DNA from: Octopus sinensis
Lineage: Eukaryota
NCBI RefSeq assembly: GCF_006345805.1
Contig: NC_043022.1
Coordinates: 7,874,001-7,938,000 of the forward strand
Direction of reading: 5' to 3'
DNA: 64,000 bases
Below the pieces are notes generated by a model that saw only the letters and a program-made list of their open reading frames with translations, ran no database searches and had not been told where the DNA came from. The translations under genes were made by a program, and so were the position numbers. This document shows positions 36,839 through 50,590 of the stretch, in pieces. Numbering within the stretch: position 1 is the first letter of the stretch; each line of letters opens with the position of its first letter.

Positions 36839-37792
36839 TGTATAGAAAATAAGATGATGATATTAATGGCTGTCCACTTGTGACCAAGAAAGACCATCAT
36901 TGACCATTGCCCTTGTAAAATGCCAGAAATGCCCATGCATAAAGTTATTGCACCAGCAGTTGGCTTCATCCAGGTTTGTGCTGAACAGGGTATTGGATAG
37001 TTGACCCATTGGCGATTGTACAACCTAAAATTTTAGGTCTGATAAGGCTTGCAACAGCACTTCACAAACCCTCTCCACCCTACTGATAAGATCTTGAGAT
37101 AAGTGAGGGCAAGATATCTTGTACCAATAGGCTCAGAAATGTGAGAGTGCCATGATCTCAACTGCAAGCAATGGTGGATCCCCAAAATGGTCAATGCCAT
37201 TCAGCAAAAGTGTCTGCAAGAATAAGTGGCAGGCATAAAAAATAAATACTAGGATCATTTAGTTTGAATAATATTAATAAAAAAGCCTTGAAGGTTTGTG
37301 GTCCAGTGTAGCCAAAGTCTAATGCCTGAAACAAATAAAAGACATCACCCCCCCCCCCACCAATACCACCGCCACCAACGCCACCACCACCACCACCAAT
37401 ACCACTGCCGCCGCCACCACCACCCTCTAATGTCTACCTTCGTTGATGGTATATGATGAATAGTTTGACTGAATCTGATGAATCAGGAGATTGAATCATG
37501 CTTCATCTTGCTTTCTGTTTCGACATGGTTTCCATAGCTGGATGCCCTTCCTAATGCCAATCACTTCCCATTTGTGTGTGATGCGTGCTTTTTTTTTGTG
37601 GCACCATCACTAGTAAGGTTGCTATGTAGCTCACATGATTAACATCCCATTGATTGAGTGGGGCTTCAGTAGATAACGAGAGAGAGAGGGTGGGAGGCAG
37701 GCAGAGAGAGAAAGAGAGGGAGATATATATATACACACACATATATATACATATATATATAAATAGAGAGAAAGAGAGGGATATATATATAT

Positions 37793-37873
<81 letters not shown>

Positions 37874-38036
37874 AGCTTTATGCTATGTGATAAAAAGGTG
37901 AGATTATGAAGGAAGGTGCCAGAACAGGTGAATTACTGTATAAGAGGGACCCACCATATTATCAACTTGATTCTTAATTTCAATCACGCAAGTTGGGATA
38001 CTGGGAAAATGACAGCAATATTCAATGCAAATTGAA

Positions 38037-38258
38037 GGCAGCAAGCTGGCAGAATTGCTGGCATCCAGGGCAAAATGCTTCGCAGCATTTCATCCAGTTT
38101 TACATTCTGAGTTCAAATTCTGCCAAGGCTGACTTTACCTTTCATCCTTTTCGGGGTCAGTAAAATAAGTAGCAGTAGGGCACTGGGGTTGATGTAGTTG
38201 ACTTACCTCCCCTCCCAACCCCTAAAGCTGCCGGCCTTGTGCCAAAATTTGAAACCAG
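38037..38258 (+). mobile_element. SINE family A
   Basis: Head, B-box GTTCAAATTC, and tail GGCCTTGTGCCAAAATTTGAAACC. Confidence 0.85.
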
Positions 38259-38324
38259 TATTCAGTGTAGTTGCAATATTTCATGTTAATTGAACCTTCA
38301 TATCTGCAAGTGTTTCATACCATA

Positions 38325-39185
38325 CAGGGTGGGTGGAAAGTAACTAGGTATTAGAAGTTGCATATAGAATTTTTAGAATCCCTGAAGTCATGTTGAAAAC
38401 ATTTTTTAAACAGACAACAGTAATGGAGATTTTTTGTTTTCTTATTGACTTATTTCCCAGACGGCTGTTCAGGAGCGAGATAAGATAGCAGCGCACTATG
38501 AAGTGGAATTCCATTGTTTTGGCTCAGAGATGGTGGTGTGCATGGAAAGATAAGCATGCAGCACTACGTCTGGAGATGTCATACAAAGTTGATGACCAGG
38601 GCTCTGTGAATGATGCAAGAAGTGGCCATCCAACCACATCACGATCAGCGGAGATTGTGGCAACAGTTCAGAAAATGCTTAATTGCAGCCCACAAAAATC
38701 TACATATCAAGCAGCTTGTAAAAGTGGACTAACGATATGCACAATACGTTCGGTGTTGCATAAAGAATTGAATTTTCATCCGAGGAAACCCCGTTACATG
38801 CAGGAGCTAAAACCTGAGGACTGTGACTGCAGAAGTCCAGAATTCCAAGAAGTCCAGATCTCACTCCATGTGATTTTTACCTGTGGGGTTTCACAAAAGG
38901 GGAGGTGTGCAAGACAAAACCTCACACACACTGGAGGATTTAGAGACATGGATTCAGAAGGTTCTCAGTGATATCCCAGACGATGTCCTTCAGAAGGTTG
39001 TCCATTCCATCCCTGACCGTTTCAGGAAACTGGTTGATGCTACTGGTGCTTAAGTTAAAATATGAAGATCTACTTTCATTTTCTCATGTAATAAAGAACA
39101 TATATCATTTGTCTCAATAAATTTGTAAAAGGAATATTGATTTTATTACCAATTTTTAATGCCTACTTACTTTTTACCCACCCTG
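38325..39185 (+). mobile_element. Tc1/mariner element, internally deleted, both TIRs intact
   Basis: TA|CAGGGTGGGTGGAAAGTAACTAGGTATT ... AATGCCTACTTACTTTTTACCCACCCTG|TA; residual GSVND.RSG.PTTSRS..., SPDLTPCDFYLWG. Confidence 0.9.
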
Positions 39186-40009
39186 TATAACAATATTGAC
39201 ATATACACACACATACTGCTATAACAAACAAACGAATAAGTAAATAGATAAATAGATAAACAAACAAATGGATAAATGAATCAATAAATGGAATAATATG
39301 CAGAAAATGGATACCTAATTAATTCAATAATGAAAGAATCTATTAAATTAGAGGAATGTGTAAATAAATACAATCTATGAATGATGCAAAGACTTAAGTG
39401 GCATACATACATGTATGTTTGTTCATAAAAATCCTATATTCCTTGATATACATATACTGTATCACATTTATATACAGATGCATGGCTTCTGGTACAGTCT
39501 ATCTGCATGGCACCTTTGGACAAGATATTCCTAGTTTCTACTATAGCTGTGGGTCAACTGATGCTTTGTGAGAGGGTTTGATTTATGGAAACTGAAAGAA
39601 GCCTGTTGTATATATACATAATATGTATGTGTGCATGCGCATGTGTGTATGTTTCTGTCCTCTTGTCTTGACTTCACAATTATAGTTGTAAATGAGAGTC
39701 ACTGTTATACAAGCAGTGTCATTTCTAGTATCCTGGTAGGATATGTCTAGCTTATAGAGACATATTACCTTGTTTGAAAAATGGTGAGGTTTGGTGACAG
39801 GAAGGGCATCTGGTCGTACAAATATCTGCCTCAATAAACTCTGTCCAAGCCATGCAAGCATGAAAAGGTGAGCATGAAATCAATGATGAGGAGGATGAAT
39901 ATACTGCTATACAAACATTTATACATGTCTGCACATGCAGACATGCATGTGCACAAACACACACACACACAGAGTAAATGAAAGACGGAAGATGGAATAT
40001 ATGAGACTT

Positions 40010-40240
40010 TATTATTAATCGTGACAATTGTTTTGACACATATAGCATCGATCCCTCATGGGTGGAACTGCCAACAAGTGATTCAGGAGCATCTGGCAGT
40101 GCAGATGTGTCTCATCAGGTGATAAATAGACACAATTCGTTAAACTAACAGTTCCGCAACGTATCTTCTCATTTTGTAGGAAGAAAAGCAGCAAAACGAA
40201 AAGAAATATCTTTATTTATATAGAAGATCAAAAACAAAAT
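40010..40240 (+). repeat. Unclassified dispersed repeat (copy 2 of 3)
   Basis: Aligns by eye over about 230 bp with 56045-56272. Confidence 0.75.
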
Positions 40241-40755
40241 CACAGATGTAAAAAAGAAAAAAGAAACAAACATGCTATACAGCGAGAAAAGTATTAAAAA
40301 TAACTGATGACAGATATCATCATCATCATCATCATCATCATTTAGCATCCGTTTTCCATGCTAGCATGGGTTGGACGGTTCAACTGGGATCTGTGAAGCT
40401 GGAAGGCTTCATCAGGCCCAGTCAGATCTGGCAGTGTTTCTATGGCTGGATGCCCTTCCTAACAACAACCACTCCGTGAGTGTAGTGGGTGCTTTTTACT
40501 TGCCACCCGCACAGGTGCCAGACAGAGCTATGTCCTAACGCAAGCTGCATGGCGCATGTACACTCGCTCATGCAAGCATCTATGAAAATATAAGCATACG
40601 CACATGTGGTTTGGTGCACTCAAGATCAGAAAGCAAGTTAAATATTTTCTTGGTGTTTATAAATGAAAACCAAGAGGAGAATGGAGATTTATTCACACCC
40701 AGAACTTCTTTTGTTTAGAGTTTTCTACAGCATATATAATCATGACCAACATATG

Positions 40756-40992
40756 TTTCTTATTTCTTTATTACCCACAAGGGGCTAAACATAGAGGGGA
40801 CAAACAAGGACAGACAAAGGGATTAAATAGATTATATTGACCCCGGTGCGTAACTGGTACTTAATTTATCGACCCCGAAAGGATGAAAGGCAAAGTCAAC
40901 ATTGGCGGAATTTGAACTCAGAACGTAAAGACAAGACGAAATACTGCTAAGCATTTTGCCCGGCGTGCTAACGTTTCTGCCAACTCGTCACC
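40756..40992 (-). mobile_element. SINE family A, alternative-tail subfamily, well preserved
   Basis: Reverse match to 5789-5983 plus the head; CpGs largely retained. Confidence 0.9.
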
Positions 40993-41207
40993 TATGTTTC
41001 TGCTGCCCCACTGCACATTGCTCTGTATGCAATTATGCTTCCTAGTCATTGCAGTTTCAAGGGTCCATCACTTACGATGTTTTCAAAGTGAACTAATGCA
41101 AACAAGCTTCCTGCGTTGGTATTCAGTTGAAAGTGATAGTGTTGCTTTTTAAATGGAATTGAATTTTGGTCTTATAATCACCTCTACTGGTATTACAGCT
41201 GAATATA

Positions 41208-41419
41208 CAGGGTGGACCAAGAGTAGGTTTACAGTTGTTCAACTATCTCTTTCGCATTCATATATTAACAGTTTAGAGCTTAATTAAAAAAAAATATGAA
41301 ACCATTATTTTATGCTAATTTAGTTAATTGTAAGATAGAAATTTAAATGTAATAAAACGTTTTAAAAGAAATTTAAAATGTCTATATGATAACTATAAAC
41401 CTAATTTTGGGCCACCCTG
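41208..41419. mobile_element. Tc1/mariner-type MITE
   Basis: TA|CAGGGTGGACCAAGAGTAGGTTTACAGTT ... AACTATAAACCTAATTTTGGGCCACCCTG|TA. Confidence 0.85.
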
Positions 41420-42629
41420 TATATATATTTTATTCGTTTCATTCATTAGATTGTGGCCATACTGGGGCACCACCTTGAGGAATTTTAGTTGCATGAATTG
41501 ATCCCAGAATTTATTTTTAAAGCCTGGTACTTATTCTTTTGCTCTCTTCAGCTGAACCACTAAGTTATGGGGACATAAATACACCAGCATCAGTTGTCAA
41601 AGACAGCAGATAAAAGATAGTGTCAATGGCGCCAACCTTAGGTAGGGGTGGTTTGTGGACAAGTAGGCCTGGCCACTGACTATTTACCCTGTGGATGCTA
41701 AAAATATTATCAGGCCATCATCTAAAGTAGCCCCTCATGTATACATTTATTAATTGTTTATTTATAACCATTAAAACAACACGAGATAACAATAGCGACA
41801 GATGTAATAATTTCATTGGAAACAAAATAACATACAGTCCATCTTAATCTTAATCTGACAACCGCCAGAGATAAACAAATTGCAGTGGAAAAACAGCGGA
41901 AGAAAAAAAACAATATGTAACCCACCCTCGCTACTTAAAGAGAAAAAAACAAAACATTATTTAATTACCACCTACCCACCCCTTCCACCACTTTGAGAGA
42001 AAAGGACATTATTTAATTACTACCCAACCACCCCTAGCCCTACAATTACCCATACTGCACTATCTTAGCATCCCTTTCTTCCTGATATTACATCGTGTGT
42101 TTTTTGTTGTGTTTTTTGTGGGTTATTTGCAATTTCGTATTTTTTCTTTTGTCCAACTCCATCATTCCAATTCCTTACTAAATATTATTGTCTTCTCATT
42201 CTTTCTTCTTCGTGTTATTGTTTCTTGTTGTTATGGTCATGTTGTTGTTGTTATTCTTAGTGGTGTACTTGTTTTTCTTTCTTTTCTTGATATATTCGTA
42301 AGCAACCTTACTCGAAATCTTGGGGTCATTGACTTAGTCTATCACCCAGTCTAACACTACCCCCACCACCATCACCCAGTACTGCAAAGGGCCTCCAAGC
42401 GTCTATGTAGTTGCTTGACCAGTTAGAAATAGCAGCCAAAGGGTCAGTGGCACTAACTGAGGCTGAACTACACAAGGGAGCAAACTTCTTTACTTCTTAA
42501 CCATCACACTCGCACCACACACACACATCCTTCACTTATATACAGGGTAAGTCAAAAGTTGTGCACCACAGGGATAATTTATCAAAAGTATAACTAAACA
42601 CGAACATTTTATTTGCTAGTTATTAAGAG

Positions 42630-43092
42630 CACCATGCGAGTGTGATCGTTGACAGAGCAGCTATTCGAGTATGATCGTTGCCAACGTTGCCTTACTGGCA
42701 CTTATGCCTGTGCTAGTAGGGTGCCAAGAGCACCATCCAAGTGTGATCATTGCCAGAGCAGCCAACTGGCTTCCGTACCTGTGGCACGTAAAAGGGCACC
42801 ATTCAAGCGTGATCGTTACCAACGTCACTTCACTGGCACCTGTGCCGGTGGCACGTGTAAAAAGATTTGAGTGAGGTCGTTGCCAGTGTCGCCTGACTGG
42901 CCCCCGTGCCTGTGGCACGTAAAAAGTACCCACTACACTCTCGGAGTGGTTGGCATTAGGAAGGGCATCTAGCTGTAGAAACTCTGCCAGATCAAGATTG
43001 GAGCTTGGTGCAGCCATTTGGCCAGCAGCCCTTGGTCAAAATCGTCCAACCCATGCTAGCATGGAAAGCGGATGTTAAACGATGATGATGAT
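42630..43092 (+). mobile_element. RTE 3' UTR with tandem about 50-60-bp units
   Basis: Repeated AAAAGCACC...GATCGTTGCCA...GGCACCTGTGCC units followed by the standard RTE tail. Confidence 0.85.
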
Positions 43093-43094
43093 GT

Positions 43095-43400
43095 GTTGTT
43101 CCGAATGCCCCACTTTTTTTTCATTTACACATGTGGGGCTATTTGTAACAGCTTCTAAAACAACCACCGTTGATATTGGATCGGTTGCACTTTTCGGTTC
43201 TGCCACTTGAAGGGCAGTTAGTAACACTACCAGTTTCTTTAAAAAGTTTAATTAGACGTCCAACAGTTGACTTATCAACTGGAAATCAGTGTAAATTCTG
43301 CCTGGGGAATTCCCCTGCAACAGATTTGTGACTAGCACCTGCTTTGCCACTCACGAACACCAAGGTAACTCATTCATCCTTCGTTAGTTTTTAATCCATC
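43095..43400 (-). mobile_element. Tc1/mariner-like transposase N-terminal (HTH) fragment
   Basis: KLTKDE..LVF.SG..G.S....A.EF......STVGRLIKLFKETGSV...P.SGR pattern. Confidence 0.6.
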
Positions 43401-44404
43401 TTACTTCGTCAATACTGTTTCTGCAAATAAGATAATCATCATCATCATCATCGTTTAACGTCCGTTTTCCGCGCTAGCACGGGTTGGACGGTTTCGACCG
43501 GGGTCTGGGGAGCTAGGGACTGCCCCAGGCTCCAGTCTAGTCTGGCAGTGTTTCTACAGCTGGATGCCCTTCCTAACGCCAACCACTCCGCGAGTGTAGT
43601 GGGTGTTTTTTACGTGCCACCTGCACAGGTGCCAGAGGGGTCTGGCATCGGCCACGTTCGGATGGTGCTTTTTATGTGGGGGGGGGGCAGAAATATAGGG
43701 GAGCACCAGTGGGGAGGGGTGGTTCAGAGAAATGATGGCAGGTTCTTAGGCAAGTAGAACGTAGGATATCAAGAGGGTAATGCATGGTGGAATAGCATAT
43801 TGAGGAGGGGGGTTCGAAGAGTAGACACCTATAATGGTGGTGGGAGAAACAACATCCGGTATAGATGGAGCAAAAATATAGAGATATCCGGTATTAGTGG
43901 TGGGGGTGGGCAGGGTGGGTGCACCGCGAATACGCGGAATACGCGAAGGTTGAAAATAGATGATAGAGCGAAACTTGGTCGGGCAGAATTAATAGAGGAG
44001 AAATTAGATACAATAGTTAGATAGATAAATAACAACAGATAGAAAAACATGTATGATTGGTCGAGAAGTGAAGTGAAAATAAAATAAGCATTCAAACTTA
44101 GCTGTGCTCGAGATTATAGCTGCTAGGTGAATATCACAACAAATTAGATATTTGAAACATTATTAATTAATTAACTCCTATGGTGCGTGACTTTAGCCTC
44201 ACTTTGTACACAGACATCTTAAAAGTAAATAGACAACATAATTTTTTTAAAGATTATTTCTAGAAACAAAATAATGTCATTTGGTGCATTTAAATACTGA
44301 ATCTAGTATTTTAGTAGACATTTGTTTTTTTTTTCCACTTGTTTCAGTCATTTGACTGCGGCCATGCTGGAGCACCGCCTTAAAGAGTTTTAGTTGAAGA
44401 ACTT

Positions 44405-44580
44405 GAGACCCCAGTCGAGTCATGGGAGCTGTGCTGTTTTCTGACTTTGTAAACATGTCCACGGGTGTTAAACAGGTGGAATTTGAAAAGGTGCTCAGAG
44501 CTATTGTTAGTAAGATAGTTAATAATTTTATGGGTGTCTGCCAAGTCAGTTGCCAGACATCGGAGTTTCACTGTATCCAT
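44405..44580 (-). mobile_element. CR1/L2-like LINE C-terminal fragment
   Basis: LRCL..DL..THKII......HLF.....NTRGH.YKV.KQ resembles the RR..DL..YKI...TRGH..KL motif. Confidence 0.65.
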
Positions 44581-44920
44581 GCCCAGAATGTCATTTTAAA
44601 AATAAAGCAATTACATCATCAAAATCTCAAATCTGTGAGATAATGCATGATTCATTTAAACAATGTGACTGAAACATTACACTTGACAGAGTAATTTGAA
44701 TACTAAAGGGTTAAGCTAGTTATATTGAGCCTAAATATTCTACCTGTTTTATGTTAACCAACCAGATCTGGCTTCTTGCATCTACTCTTAGATATTGTAA
44801 AAATAATACAATCACATCATTGAAATCTCAAAGCTACAAGATAATTCATGATTAGCTCAAAACAATGTGAATAAATAGGCATTACATTTGACAGAGTAAT
44901 CTGGATGCCGAAGGGTTAAA
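44580..44920. repeat. Two tandem degenerate units each ending in AAGGGTTAA (piggyBac-like terminus)
   Basis: Shared TGACAGAGTAAT.TG.AT.C..AAGGGTTAA ends at about 44714 and 44919; a similar end near 53015. Confidence 0.45.
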
Positions 44921-45429
44921 CGCATTGAACAAAGATCATTTCTTCAGGTGTGGAGGTGGAAATCTATTGAAAGTTAACTGTAAAGAGAAACTTGTCTGTA
45001 TTTTAGTATAAAAATTTTAAAAAAATATTTTTACAGGAAGACAATAGAAAATAAGCATTAAAAGTATAAAAGGTCAAATTATTGAGAAAACAACCCCCAT
45101 AACTACCTCATCAAAGAAACAAAAAATAAAAGAAAAAAGTAGGGTGGGCAACAGAATTAAGCAACAAAAGATGGTGGGGGGTGGAAGTGGGTAACAGGTT
45201 GTATTTGGCTGATGTGTACAGGTAGCTCTTGTACTGAAGCTATCTTTTATCTTTTCTATTATGTTTTAATTGTTATAGTCTTTGGATTGTGGCCATGCTG
45301 GAACAGTGCCTTGAAGGGTTTACTTTAATGAATTGACCCCAGTGGTTTTTTGTGTTTTGAAGTCTGGTGCTTATTCTATCAGTCTCTTTTACCAAACTGC
45401 TAAGTTATGAGAATCTAAACAAACAGGCA

Positions 45430-45895
45430 CAGGTGGGAAGAAGCTTGCTTCCCAACCACATGGTTCTGAGTTCAAGCCTACTGCATGGCACCTTGAGCAA
45501 GACTCTTTACTATAGCCTCAGGCCAACTAAAGCCTTGTGAGTAGATCTGGTGGATAGAAACTGAAAGAAGCCTATTGGCTCATTGGTTGGAGTGTCAGTC
45601 TCACAATCATGAGATTGTGAGTTCTGTTCCTGGACTAGGCTGTGTTGTGTTCTTGAGCAAGACACTCCATTTCACGTTACTCCAGTTCACTCAGATGTAG
45701 AAATGAATTGCAAAGTCACTAGTGCCAAGCTGAATCGGCCTTTGCCTTTTCCCTTGGATAACATCAGTGGTATGGGGAAGGGAAACTGGTATGCAAGGGC
45801 AACTGCTGGTCTTCCATAAACAACTTTACCGGGACTTGTGCCTTGGAGAGGAACTTTCTAGGTGCAATCCCATGTTCATTCATGACTGAAGGGGT

Positions 45896-45927
<32 letters not shown>

Positions 45928-46020
45928 CATGTGCGTGCATGTGTGTGTGTGTGTGTGTATGCTTGTCCCCCACCACCGCTTGACAACTAGTGTTGGTGTG
46001 TTTACATTCCCATAACATTA
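45430..46020 (+). mobile_element. SINE family B interrupted by a family D SINE (45585-45900)
   Basis: Family B head to GAAACTGAAAGAAGCC, then a D-type head and different tail, then family B resumes at (TG)n-GTCCCCCACCACCGCTTGACAAC. Confidence 0.8.
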
Positions 46021-46856
46021 CTTAGAAATCAGATAAGTGTTGGTGACAGGAAGGGCATCCAGCTGTACAAAATCTGCCTCAACAAATTCTGTACAAACCA
46101 TACAAGCTAAGGGTATGTTAAAACATAATGATGATAATATGATTATAATAATGGGAATAAAGCTTTTATATGTGGAATTTTATTACAGATTTTTTAAATT
46201 CAAATTTGGGGAGGGGTAATTTAAAAACAAATTAAATTATTTTCTTTACAAAGATTTTAGAGTTTTATTTTAAATTTATTTTCTTTTAATTTACTTTTGA
46301 AATTTATTCTAACTTATTTAAAAAAAATTTTGTGTCTTAGATATATTTTCTCTTTATTTTTAAAAATTTATTTTATATTCATTTCTTAAAATTTATTATT
46401 AAAAATTTTTTTAACAAATTTTTTTGTAATTTTTTCTTCCATTTTTTAAAAAATTTTTAAAAAAAACTTCTTTTCAATTTTTGAAAATTCATTTATAATT
46501 TTTTTAATTTGGTATTTTTGTTTTACTTATTTCACAAAGTTATTTCTTAAATATATCTGATTGAAACAAAAATCTAATTCAAAAAGCTAGTTGCTCATAA
46601 AATTGTCATTTATTTTTATTTTATACTCTTAATTTATTTTTTTATACAATTGCTTAGTATATGTTATATTTTTTTGTGTGATGTGGAGTTGGAGTAGCAA
46701 CGATTTTATTTGTATGATGTGTAGAAAATGTCTGTGCTTCCATAATTGAGACGAAAACGACAAGATAATAACTAGAGTGTGTTTGTGTGTGTATGTATCT
46801 GTATACCCCTATATATATATATATACATACATGTACATACACACACACATATATAT

Positions 46857-46889
<33 letters not shown>

Positions 46890-47042
46890 CAATAACATAC
46901 ATATACATACACACATATACATTACATACATGCATACATACATACATATATATACACATATATATTTATGTAGTGCTTGTCTCTCTCTCTCTCTCCCTGT
47001 TTACATATAAGTGTGTGTGTGTGTGTATATATATATATAAAT

Positions 47043-47078
<36 letters not shown>

Positions 47079-47654
47079 GTATAAACATACACATATATGT
47101 GTATGTATGCATAAAATCTGTAAATATATATATATATATATATATACATACATACAAGTAGGTCTAGAAACATTTGCCAAAGAACACATTCTGAAAGAAC
47201 CACATCAACCAAAAGACATATTTTTAGTAAGACAAGTTCATAGGAAAACATTTTCATGAAAAAGTAAATTGGTTAAAGCACAAATTAATCAAAAGCACAT
47301 TAGGAAAAGAAAAGCAGAATTTTTAGTAAAATTTTCATGTTTTTCAAAGAAATGAGTAGAAATCAATGTAAAATATATTCAACCCAACTAACATATTGTT
47401 TTAACGGTTCCTTTCACATGACTTTGCTTAGCCCAGGGCTATAGTAGAATATACTTACTCAAGGTGCTAATCGATGGGACTGAACCTGAAGCCATGTGGT
47501 TTGGAAGTGAAATTCTTATATATATATATAAAGGGTACAGTGAATATATTGTCGTCTGAATTACACAAAAATGAAAATAACACTGACATCTCATTTTAAC
47601 AGATATATTTACCAAAATTACATAAAAATATCTTGAAATACTAAAGAGCAAATT

Positions 47655-48405
47655 TATTCAATAAAATCGCCACAGCCTTCAGACAACTTCGGAACCTCCT
47701 GCAACTCTTCTGGATGGTCTCCTTGTTTAAGTTGGTGAATACTGCCATAATCCTTGCCTCCTGTTAATCTTTGGTGTTACAAGGAGTTTTGTTGGTTTCT
47801 CACTCAGCTGCACTTCACACATAATAATCAAGGGGTTTGCAGTCTGGGGAGTTAGGTGGCAAGATGTTAGGGGTGATGTGGGTATAGAATTAGTCTGACA
47901 GCCATGACTGGGTTTTCTTGCTTGTGTGGCATGGTGCAGAATTCTGTTACCAGACATAGGGTGTTCCAGCAGCCACCCTTTTGACTCAGGGCAGCCCTAC
48001 CTCCTCTAGGCACTTGATGTAAACCTCCGTGTTGAGTCTGAGGCCATGTGGGAAGATGAATGGAAGCATAACGTCACCATCACTAGTGATCACACCAAAC
48101 ATCATGATGTTGACTGGATGTTTGATTTTTATCACTCTCGGTACATGTCCTCCAATTGCACTGTCTTCAGATTGATACCCAAACACTCTGAAATGTTCGT
48201 ATTGGAGCCTCTGGTGCAAATGCCAAGCTGTACAGCATGTCATTTCCAAATTTCTGGCAGAGTGAATTGCATCATAGTGCTGTTTTTCTCACAGATGGTA
48301 CCCAACTGACCCTACTATACTGTGTAGTCAACAAAATCAAAAACAAACAATGTGCGTGTGTGAAAAATATAAAATGGCAACAATTTACCCATCACACCCT
48401 GTATA
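47655..48405 (-). mobile_element. Tc1-like transposon relic (catalytic region plus one terminus)
   Basis: KIKHPVNIMMFGVITSDGDVM.PFIF..GLRLNTEVY..CLEEV, YVW.Q.SAPCHTS, PPNSPDC.PLDYYV; terminus CACCCTG|TA at about 48400. Confidence 0.85.
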
Positions 48406-48582
48406 TATAGATATATACTTCAAAATGTCTAAAACATGACAGACATATTAGTGAATGTATTTATTGAAAAACTTCATCTGATAAAAGAGGACAAATTCAG
48501 TCATGTTAGAGCATTTTTGATCCTAAGTCTGTGTCAACTGAATAAGCAATGATATGAGGCTACAAAAAAAAACTTCTACATA

Positions 48583-48975
48583 GGCACAGGTATGGCTGTG
48601 TGGTAATAAGCTTGCTTCCCAACCATATGGCTTTGGACTTAATCCCAGTGCATGGTACCTTGAGCAAGTATCTTCGACTATAGCCTTGAACTGGCCAAAA
48701 CCTTTTGAGTGGATTTGGTAAAAGGAAACTGAAAGTATTCTATCTTATATATGTGTGTATGTGTCTTTGTGTTTATGTTTGTTCCCCACCACTGCTTGAC
48801 AACTGGTGTTGGCATGTTTATATCCCCATTACTTATTGGTTTGACAATAAACTATGGACCAGGTTTAAAAAAATTAAAAATAAATACTATGGTTGATTCA
48901 TTCAATTAAAAATTCTTCAAGGTGGTGCCCCAGCATGGCCACAGTCTAATGACTGAAACAAGTCAAAGATAAAAG
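48583..48975 (+). mobile_element. SINE family B
   Basis: Colinear with 59364-59795. Confidence 0.85.
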
Positions 48976-49829
48976 ATAGTTAACAATTGATCACACTAGA
49001 GATAGCAGCTAAGTCGCACTCAGGTTCCTTCAAATCTCATCATACCATCATAAAAAAATGAGAATTTCGGGGCACATTTGAATAATTTATTCAAAGCGAA
49101 GCAAGCAAGACTAAATGATTATTGGAATGACTATGATTGTAAGTCTGATTGCTCAGGGATGACCTGGGGCTAAACGATGACAACAACAGCAACAACAACA
49201 ACAACAACAACAGCTACAAGAACAAAGATGAATATTTTTGTCATGAAATAATCCAATGTGAAAACTCATGAATATTCTAGAAATTTCACTTCATTTATTT
49301 TTATGATGCACATCATTATTAGTCGGTACATGAATGTGTGTGATAAGTATGATGATTAAATAAATGAATAAAGTAATGATTTGCTTAATTAGTTAATTAA
49401 TTAATTTATTAATTAAAAGTTAATGCGAATTACAGGATTAAATAAGAAAATATTTAAATTTCAATATCATTCTGGCATGCCTGACATTTCAAAAGGAAAA
49501 AAAAAAACCCAGCGTGTACATATGTACGAGTGCATGTGTCGTGTCATGTACATGTGTGTGTCATATATGTGTGCATGTGTCAGAGATATATGTGCATGTG
49601 TCAGAGATATATGTGCATGTGTCAGAGATATATGTGCATATGTCATAGATATGTGTATATGTCATATATATGTATATGTATATACAAATATATGTATATG
49701 TGCGTATGTGTCATGTAAATGCATGCGTCAGGTTTGTATGTGACAGCACATGTAGTCATGTGTACCCTTTCATTCATGCATTTATATAAATAGCATCCAT
49801 TTGTTTTATGACTGTTTTTTTCTGATTTG

Positions 49830-49866
<37 letters not shown>

Positions 49867-49957
49867 ACATATATGTATCTATATGTATTTGATATATATA
49901 TGTATGTATGTATGTATACATATATACACATATAAATGTATAATATATGTGTATATA

Positions 49958-50117
49958 GGTGCAGGCATGGCTGTGTGGTAAGAAGCTTGCTTCCCAACCA
50001 TATGGCTTCAAGTTCAGTCCCACTGCATGGCACCTTGGCAAGTGTCTTTTACGATAGCCTTGGGATGACCAAAGCCTTGAGAGTAGATTTGGTTGATGGA
50101 AACTGAAAGAAGCCTGT

Positions 50118-50160
<43 letters not shown>

Positions 50161-50375
50161 GTGTGTGTGTGTGCTTGTGTCTGCGTTTATCCCCACTAAC
50201 ATTGCTTGACAACTGATCCTGGTGTGTTTACTTCCTTGTAACTTAGTGGTTCGGCAAAAGAAATCAATAGAATAAATACTAGGCTTACAAAGAATAAGTC
50301 CCGGGGTTGATTTGCTTGATTAAAGGCAGTACTCCAGCATAACCGCAGTCAAATGACTGAAACAAGTAAAAGAAA
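49958..50375 (+). mobile_element. SINE family B
   Basis: Colinear with 59364-59795, with internal (TA)n/(TG)n spacer. Confidence 0.9.
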
Positions 50376-50505
50376 AGAATAAAAGAATATATATATATAT
50401 ATATATATATAATAAAATATTAGGGAATAAATCCAAACTTACAGGGAAAAATCAGATTTAGGATTGAATCCAATTTTATAGTATAAATATATTATATTAT
50501 ATTAT

Positions 50506-50590
50506 ATTAAATTAGAGATAAAACCACTATTAGGCAAATCATACAGTGAATGTATGATTTGCCTAATAGTGGTTTTATCTCTAATTTAAT
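50506..50590. repeat. Perfect 40-bp inverted repeat with 5-nt loop
   Basis: 50506-50545 is the exact reverse complement of 50551-50590; loop GTGAA. Confidence 0.95.

Noticed and set aside
43690-44100. Purine-rich, CpG-retaining segment with short ORFs
   Set aside because: No motif, termini or homology identifiable by eye.
49565-49645. RDICACV peptide repeat
   Set aside because: A 21-bp minisatellite arising within a (TA/TG) field; not evidence of coding.
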